This document shows, piece by piece, positions 57,971 to 64,000 of a stretch of 64,000 bases of DNA (the first letter of the stretch is position 1; every line of letters starts with the position of its first letter). Origin of the DNA: Thermodesulfobacteriota bacterium (GTDB taxonomy: Bacteria > Desulfobacterota_D > UBA1144 > Nemesobacterales > Mycalebacteriaceae). The stretch lies in the NCBI GenBank assembly GCA_965205855.1, contig OZ242184.1:224001-288000 (forward strand), read 5' to 3'. The position numbers and the translations under genes are program-made. Below the pieces are notes generated by a model. It worked only from the letters and a program-made list of their open reading frames with translations. It did no database searches and was not told the DNA's origin.

Positions 57971-60900
57971 CTATTCTACATCCAAAACCGGCTTGAGGGA
58001 AGAAAGCACGCGCGCGACACGGGTGGCCACGGTGGCTGGCAGGTCTTTTCTGCAAAGAATTTTCCATCCTTTTGAGTCTCCGGAAAACAGCGCCATCGGG
58101 CTTGAATGGTCTTTTGTGCGATAAACTGCCGCATCGTCCGCGTTTATTTCCATAAGAGCGGCCGAGTGTTTTTCCAGTATGGTTTTCAATGCCGCGAGGG
58201 CGAGAAGATTTTGCACGAAAACCGGAAGAGGCCCGAATCTGTCCCGTATCTCCCTTTTCAGTTCGTTCACTTCCCCGATTGTGGACGAGGAGGAGATTCT
58301 TTTGTAGAAAACAAGCCTTTCTCCGCCGTTGGTTACATAGCATTTCGGTATGCGAGACTCGATTTTCGTTTTTATTTCCGGCTCAATTCTTCTCCGCATT
58401 GTTCCGGTTTTCAGGTTTTCAACAGTCTCGCGTAGCATCTCAAGATAGAACTCAACCCCGACTCCGGCGACATGTCCGGACTGCTCAACGCCGAACAGAT
58501 TGCCCATCCCCCTCATCTGCATATCGGAGAAGGCGAGATGGTATCCGGAACCGAAGTTCCAGAGTTCTGAGAACCGCTCAAGGCGTTTCCACGCCGTATC
58601 CGAAACGGGTTGTTTCTCTGGTACAAGGAAACACGCAAACGCCTGCTTCTCTCCTCTGCCCACGCGCCCTTTAAGTTGATACAAGTCGGCTATGCCGAAT
58701 GTGTGGGCGTTGTTGACAATAATTGTGTTTGCCCTCGTAATATCAAGACCCGATTCCACTATTGTGGTTGTTACCAGCATTTCAATTTCTCCGCGCGCAA
58801 ATGCCTCAATTTTGCGCTCAAGGTCTTTTTTTCCCATTTTCCCGTGGGTAACTTCCATTGAAATTCCGGGCACGATTTCCTTCAGCCGCCGCGCGACCGT
58901 GTCTATGTTCTCAATTCTGTTATGGATAAAAAAGATCCCGCCGCCGCGCCGGGTTTCGGTGAGCACCATATCGTGTATCAGTTTCTCGTTCCATTTTTTT
59001 ATCCGTATTTGCACGGGAAGTCTTCCGTGCGGAGGGGAATTGATTGAACTGATGTCCCTTATTCCGGCGAGGGAAAGCTGAAGTGTTCTCGGTATCGGTG
59101 TTGCCGAGAGCGAAAGCACGTCAAGGTTTTTCTTGAGGGTTTTCAATTTTTCCTTGTGTTTCACTCCAAATCTGTGCTCCTCGTCTATTATCAAAAGACC
59201 GGGGCTTTTGAACTTACCCCCGGCTCCGAGAAGTTTATGGGTTCCTATTATAATGTCCGCGGTTCCGCGCTCAATTTCGCTGAGAATTATCTTTTCCTCG
59301 CCCGGAGAGTTGAACCTTGAGAAGGCGACTATTTTCACGGGAAATTTTTCAAGTCGCTTTCTTGCTGTTTTCAAGTGCTGGGACACAAGCAACGTGGTCG
59401 GCGCCATGAAAACGACCTGAACCCCGTCCATTGCGGCTTTGAGCGCCGCCCTCAAAGCCACTTCCGTTTTACCGAATCCCGTGTCGCCGCATATGAGCCT
59501 GTCCATCGGGCGGGGCGATTCCATGTCTCTCATAACATCTTCTATGGCTTTTGCCTGGTCGGGGGTTTCTTCAAACATAAAATCCATCTCAAACTGTCTG
59601 AACTCCGCGTCCGGTTTGGAAAAACTGCGTCCTTCGCCCGAGCTTCTGTCCGCGTACAACTCAAGCAACTCTTTCGCGACCTTTTCCGTCGCTCTTTTCG
59701 CTCCCTTGACGGTTTTTTTCCATGCCGCCGAGCCGAGCTTGTCAATCCTTGGACTGCCGTCTTCTCCGCCGATATATCCGTGCAGAAGTTTGAATTTTGA
59801 CACGGGAACATAAACGTTGTCCCCGCCGTGATATTCACACTCAATAAAATCTCCCTTTGTTTCGCGTATGGTCAGGTTTTTCAGACCCCTGAATATTCCC
59901 ACCCCGAACTCTCTGTGGACTATGAAGTCGCCGTCTTCGATGTCCGCGAAAGCAGAGGCGAATGCCTGAGCGGAGAACTTTCCGTCCGTTGCTGATGGGC
60001 TCGCCGCTTTTTGCGCGGCGGTAAAATCACCCTCGTCTATGAATGCCGTTCCGATGTCAGGAAAAACAAACCCTCCGCCCGCCGCCGCAGCGTAGAAATC
60101 CGCGTCAATTTTTTCCTCATTTGCGATATGCGCCATTTTTTCAATTTCCGCATCGTTTTTGAGGAAAAGTTTCAATTTATACCCTTCGGATTTCAGCCGC
60201 CGCGCCGAGTTCAGAATTTTCGCCGCGGGAGAGGCGGCTTTGCCCTCTTCCCGCACCGGTGAAACATGGAAATCTATCTCTCCAGCGTTAAGGGTTTGCA
60301 CCACAACCGACCGCCGCCGTGATATTTCGCGTTCAATCCTGTCCGAGTTGAAATGTCCGGACGCGTCCCTTTGCGCGGCGGCGTTTCTCAAAGATTCCCC
60401 GATGCTTTCGGCGCCGCGGTTTTCAAAAAATACGACCGGATTTTCCCCGCAGTGGTCAAAAACGCATGATGAAGCGCCGTCTGTACGGGTTTGTTCAAAG
60501 CTCACGGGAAGGATTTGAGCGGAGGACTCACGCCTCGTGGAAATTTGAGTTTGCGGGTCGAACAGTCTGACAGACCTTATTGCGTTACCCGAAAACTCAA
60601 CGCGCAGAGGCGGGTCTCCACCAGCGCGCATGATGTCAATAACCGCTCCCCGGACGCTTATCTCTCCCGCAAGCCGCGCGAACTCTTTTTCCTTATAGCC
60701 CACTTGTGCAAGCTGCCTTATGAACTCGTCTCTGTCGGTTTTGTCCCCCGTTTTAACACGCGGGGAAATTGATTTCAGAAAAGACGGAGAGATTATTTTT
60801 TCCGAGATTGTCTCTACGGTTGAGCATACGGCACGGGAATTTTTCACCCGTGCGAGGAAAGATATATCGCTCCGCTCTGCAATGGCGGGCTTTTCTCCCG

Positions 60901-61159
60901 TGAAAAACCCTATCGCCTCGCTTGCTCTGTGGCAACTTTCACTTGAGTCAGATATGTAGATAAGCTGGGTTTTCAGCGCCTTACAGACAATGCACGCCGT
61001 AAGAAAAGCGGAGCCGCCAGCAAGCCCGGACACTTCAATCCTCGTGCCTTTTCCGCCAGAGCGCAGAGAGTTTGTGAGTTTGCCGATTTTATTTGCGGGG
61101 TCTGATGCGAAACTGGAGAATTCGTCCGCTATGGCAGACGTCTTACGGTGCGGAGTCAT
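57971..61159 (-). CDS. mfd: Transcription-repair coupling factor
   Basis: RID VHREFGVG, ETPDQ, GDTGFGKTE, DEEH, SATPIPRTL, QLKGRVGR, TRCF tail. Confidence 0.95.
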   Translation of the reverse strand: MTPHRKTSAIADEFSSFASDPANKIGKLTNSLRSGGKGTRIEVSGLAGGSAFLTACIVCKALKTQLIYISDSSESCHRASEAIGFFTGEKPAIAERSDISFLARVKNSRAVCSTVETISEKIISPSFLKSISPRVKTGDKTDRDEFIRQLAQVGYKEKEFARLAGEISVRGAVIDIMRAGGDPPLRVEFSGNAIRSVRLFDPQTQISTRRESSAQILPVSFEQTRTDGASSCVFDHCGENPVVFFENRGAESIGESLRNAAAQRDASGHFNSDRIEREISRRRSVVVQTLNAGEIDFHVSPVREEGKAASPAAKILNSARRLKSEGYKLKLFLKNDAEIEKMAHIANEEKIDADFYAAAAGGGFVFPDIGTAFIDEGDFTAAQKAASPSATDGKFSAQAFASAFADIEDGDFIVHREFGVGIFRGLKNLTIRETKGDFIECEYHGGDNVYVPVSKFKLLHGYIGGEDGSPRIDKLGSAAWKKTVKGAKRATEKVAKELLELYADRSSGEGRSFSKPDAEFRQFEMDFMFEETPDQAKAIEDVMRDMESPRPMDRLICGDTGFGKTEVALRAALKAAMDGVQVVFMAPTTLLVSQHLKTARKRLEKFPVKIVAFSRFNSPGEEKIILSEIERGTADIIIGTHKLLGAGGKFKSPGLLIIDEEHRFGVKHKEKLKTLKKNLDVLSLSATPIPRTLQLSLAGIRDISSINSPPHGRLPVQIRIKKWNEKLIHDMVLTETRRGGGIFFIHNRIENIDTVARRLKEIVPGISMEVTHGKMGKKDLERKIEAFARGEIEMLVTTTIVESGLDITRANTIIVNNAHTFGIADLYQLKGRVGRGEKQAFACFLVPEKQPVSDTAWKRLERFSELWNFGSGYHLAFSDMQMRGMGNLFGVEQSGHVAGVGVEFYLEMLRETVENLKTGTMRRRIEPEIKTKIESRIPKCYVTNGGERLVFYKRISSSSTIGEVNELKREIRDRFGPLPVFVQNLLALAALKTILEKHSAALMEINADDAAVYRTKDHSSPMALFSGDSKGWKILCRKDLPATVATRVARVLSSLKPVLDVE

Positions 61160-62235
61160 TGCTTTCGCAGTTTTTCCGCCACTTTTCCACCCATTTCACG
61201 GCACCCGATATTTCTGCTTCCCTCTTCGTATATGTCAGCGGTTCTGAACCCGTCGTCAAGCGTTTCCCGCACGGCGCGGTCTATTTTGTCTGCCACGGCG
61301 TCCATTCCAAATGAGTATTTAAACATCATCGCGACCGAAAGTATTGAGGCAATCGGGTTTGCGATGTCTTTTCCCGCAATATCCGGCGCACTTCCGTGAA
61401 CCGGCTCGTATATTGCCCCCGCGTCCCCCAAGCTCGCGGACGGAAGCATTCCGAGGGAGCCGGTAAGTTGAGCGGCTTCGTCGCTGATTATGTCCCCGAA
61501 AAGGTTTCCCGCGAGTATGACATCAAAGGTTTTCGGTCTTCGTATAAGTTGCATCGCGGCGTTATCGACATAGAGATGGTCAAGTTTTACATCCGCGAAC
61601 TCGGTTTTGCCTATTTTTGTTACCGTTTCTCTCCACAAAACAGTTGATTCAAGCACGTTTGATTTGTCGATTGAAGTTACCACCCCTCTCCGCGCGCGGG
61701 CGGCGGCAAACGCTTTTCGAGCCACACGTTCTATTTCCGCCGTTGAATACGAAAGGGTGTTTATTCCCACGCTCCCGCCTCCGGGCAATTTTTCAATTCC
61801 CCTCGGAGTTCCGAAATAGATTCCGCCCGTAAGTTCCCTCACCACGAGAATGTCGGTTCCCTTTACCACTTCTTTTTTCAGAGTTGAAGCGTCCGCAAGT
61901 GCGGAATACACCTTCGCGGGGCGGAGGTTTGCGAAAGTGTCAAGTTTTTTTCTCAGCCGCAGCAGCCCGTTTTCGGGTTTTATTTCATGCTCAAGGTTTT
62001 CCCACTTTTCTCCTCCGACCGCGCCGAGCAGAACGGCGTCCGCTTCCTTCGCTTTTTTAAGAACTTCGTCCGTTACCGGAACGCCGCAGGCGTCAATGGA
62101 GCATCCGCCGAACAACTCGGTTTCCTTTTCAAAAGAAACTCCTGAGATTTTCTCCGCTTCGCTCAAAACGCCGAGGGCCACTTCTGTAACCTCCAACCCT
62201 ATGCCGTCTCCGGGAATTATAAGGATTTTGTGCAT
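61156..62235 (-). CDS. leuB: 3-isopropylmalate dehydrogenase
   Basis: PGDGIG, ANLRPA, VRELTGGIYFG, DKSNVL, NLFGDIISD, YEPVHGSAPDIAG. Confidence 0.96.
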   Translation of the reverse strand: MHKILIIPGDGIGLEVTEVALGVLSEAEKISGVSFEKETELFGGCSIDACGVPVTDEVLKKAKEADAVLLGAVGGEKWENLEHEIKPENGLLRLRKKLDTFANLRPAKVYSALADASTLKKEVVKGTDILVVRELTGGIYFGTPRGIEKLPGGGSVGINTLSYSTAEIERVARKAFAAARARRGVVTSIDKSNVLESTVLWRETVTKIGKTEFADVKLDHLYVDNAAMQLIRRPKTFDVILAGNLFGDIISDEAAQLTGSLGMLPSASLGDAGAIYEPVHGSAPDIAGKDIANPIASILSVAMMFKYSFGMDAVADKIDRAVRETLDDGFRTADIYEEGSRNIGCREMGGKVAEKLRKQ

Positions 62236-62349
62236 GATGCCCTCTTTATAAAAAAGCGAGTATATCACTTTTTCTTTGTGGCATTGTGTTTGCCTGTTTC
62301 ATTTTTCACTCGGGTTTAACATTATGTATATTCAAGGTGTGGCGTGTAT

Positions 62350-62828
62350 TCATGTCATAGGTATCGCCTTATACCGTTCTATTGGTAGGTCAATAAACAA
62401 CTTGTCTTGATGTTGCACAAAGGAGTAGAAAGACTTTTTGTCCTCTGGCGGGTTGAGAAGTGCATACCAGCAGCAATGGAGTACAAATTCAACCGTAATA
62501 TCTTCGGAATGTTTACGATAATTCAAACAGGCATCAAAAAGAAAATGGCTGCTACTTTCAGGGTTGCAGCTTAATGTTTAATGCTGGTCTCTACGCGTAT
62601 GCTTCAAGAAATTTTCCGGTTCATTGGTTGAGCTTATAACTCTTTTTTGGTGTTCTTTCTTTATAAAATTGGTGTTTTTGATAATTATCGATTCTTTTCC
62701 TACAATTTCACTTACTATGTGGATACTGGGCAATCTTCATTGAAATAGAGGGTGATTGCTATTTTCAGTTGTTCTCTTGCAGCATCTGGTTTGGTTAGTG
62801 TAATTATTTTCCCATATATGTTTTTCAA
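62350..62828 (-). pseudogene. Degraded hypothetical helical protein, possibly HEPN-like
   Basis: TTG overlapping the truA stop; MKNIYGKIITLTKPDAAREQLKIAITLYF..PVST*, frameshift, ..ENFLKHTRRDQH*..FLFDACLNY..; AT-rich. Confidence 0.55.
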
Positions 62829-63559
62829 TAATCAACCTTCTCGAGAAACAGCCCCCGCGCCGGCGCGGCTGTCACATCGGCGGTTTTTTTCCCGCTTTTC
62901 AATATCTTCTCAAATCCCGCGGTGTTTAATTTCCCCTTGCCCACGCGCACAAGGGTTCCAACAATCAGCCTGACCATCCGTTTGAGGAATCCGTCCGCTT
63001 CAATTGAAAACACTATAAAATCCCCGTCCCGTTTGACCCCGGCTTCAAACACCGTCCGCACGGTTGTTCTAACCTTTGTGTCCGCCAGCGCAAAGGCGGC
63101 GAAATTGTGCTTTCCGACAATAAACCGGGTCGCGTCGCTCATTGACTCGGTGTCCAGCGGCTCGGTTATGAACCAGCAGGTTTTTCTGTTTAGCGCGGAG
63201 CGGGAAGCGCCGTTCAGTATTCTGTACAGATATGTTTTTTTCTTTGAAGAGATGCGAGAGTGAAAACCGGCGGAGACTTCTTCGGCGGTTTTGACGGAAA
63301 TATCTTCGGGCAGGAAAGAGTTGAGGGCCTTGAGTATGGTCTCGGTTTTCATCCGGCATTCGGTGTGAAAATTCGCCGTCTGCGCAAGCGCATGAACTCC
63401 GGCATCCGTTCTGCCGGAACCGTTAAGCGCGTTTTTCTCTCCAGTGATTTTAAAAACGGCGTCTTCTATTTTTTCCTGAACTGTCTCCGCGTTTTTCTGT
63501 CTCTGCCATCCACTGTAGCGGGTGCCTTCGTATTCAACTGTTATTTTTATGTTTCTCAA
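62825..63559 (-). CDS. truA: tRNA pseudouridine(38-40) synthase
   Basis: YEGTRYSGWQ, GSGRTDAGVHA, FLKRMVR, APARGLFL. Confidence 0.96.
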   Translation of the reverse strand: MRNIKITVEYEGTRYSGWQRQKNAETVQEKIEDAVFKITGEKNALNGSGRTDAGVHALAQTANFHTECRMKTETILKALNSFLPEDISVKTAEEVSAGFHSRISSKKKTYLYRILNGASRSALNRKTCWFITEPLDTESMSDATRFIVGKHNFAAFALADTKVRTTVRTVFEAGVKRDGDFIVFSIEADGFLKRMVRLIVGTLVRVGKGKLNTAGFEKILKSGKKTADVTAAPARGLFLEKVDY

Positions 63560-63998
63560 CTTTTTTTCTTATATAGAAAGTTCGCGCACTGCGAAGATTG
63601 TTTGAGTCTTTTGCCGTGATTATCAGCTTGTTCATCCCACTTTCAAGCGGAATGTTCAACGCAAAACTCTGGCTTTTCCCTTCGGAATTGATGATGTGTA
63701 TTTTGTCGTCCTCTTTGAAAAATGAGATATTTACCACCGACTCCATATCTTTCACGGACCCTTTTATTTCAATCTTCTCGTTCTCAGTTACCAGCAAATA
63801 CGGCTCAAGTTCTATGACGGGCGGGCTTGCGAGTGTGTAACTGAAATCGGGACGAGCTTTCCCCGAAGCGGGGGTGGTGTTTTCGGTTTTTATCCACCCC
63901 GCCCTATCTTTTGCGAGATTCACCTTTGTCCACTCCCCCGTGCTGCCGGCAACCCTGTATGAAGAGCCCGCGCGCGCTAGTGAAACGCTTTGAGCGCG
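63534..63998 (-). CDS. C-terminal part of a larger protein (SH3-like plus Ig-like domains; possibly an S41-type exported protease); 5' end outside window
   Basis: Frame open to the window edge; GEWTKV..GWI SH3b-like, then PPVIEL..IKGSVKD..LESGMNKLIITAKD Ig-like. Confidence 0.55.
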   Translation of the reverse strand, partial: RAQSVSLARAGSSYRVAGSTGEWTKVNLAKDRAGWIKTENTTPASGKARPDFSYTLASPPVIELEPYLLVTENEKIEIKGSVKDMESVVNISFFKEDDKIHIINSEGKSQSFALNIPLESGMNKLIITAKDSNNLRSARTFYIRKKVEKHKNNS

Positions 63999-64000
63999 TT

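Noticed and set aside
57966-58343. 126-aa N-terminal extension of SurA in the ORF track (similarly metG 10734-10862, znuC 36529-36642, cofG 15010-15149)
   Set aside because: Most overlap the neighbouring gene; the signal peptide or conserved N-terminus begins at the downstream ATG

Overview
Gene-dense bacterial chromosome segment in the standard genetic code, mostly housekeeping. It carries bioB'/bioA/bioF, coaBC, ilvD, metG, holB, tmk, gdhA, uppP, uvrA, htpX, mnmG, udg, leuS, thrC/thiE, thrS-infC-rpmI-rplT, gcvTHP, surA-mfd, leuB and truA, plus three tRNAs (Arg-CCG, Val-GAC, Val-CAC). Gene content and order suggest a streamlined diderm related to the Deltaproteobacteria, possibly Dadabacteria-like and host-associated (inference only). 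Accessory content: a ppk2-NUDIX pair splitting the biotin operon, a minor-pilin cluster, an acidic repeat autotransporter, split FO synthase cofG/cofH, a rhodanese-SufE-SufU trio, a Zur/znuABC block and several AT-rich decayed gene remnants (ankyrin, HEPN-like, HTH-like). The best candidate for an undescribed system is the minus-strand four-gene unit at 38321-40194. It encodes a secreted Cys/His-rich leader protein, a putative outer-membrane barrel, a periplasmic CxxC HMA chaperone and a Cys-Cys MerT-like permease. An intergenic hairpin starting right after the leader's stop codon can sequester the Shine-Dalgarno of the next gene, which suggests metal-responsive translational control of a TonB-independent soft-metal uptake chain. 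No CRISPR array, integrase or transposase was seen. All family calls come from motif recognition by eye; no database searches were run.
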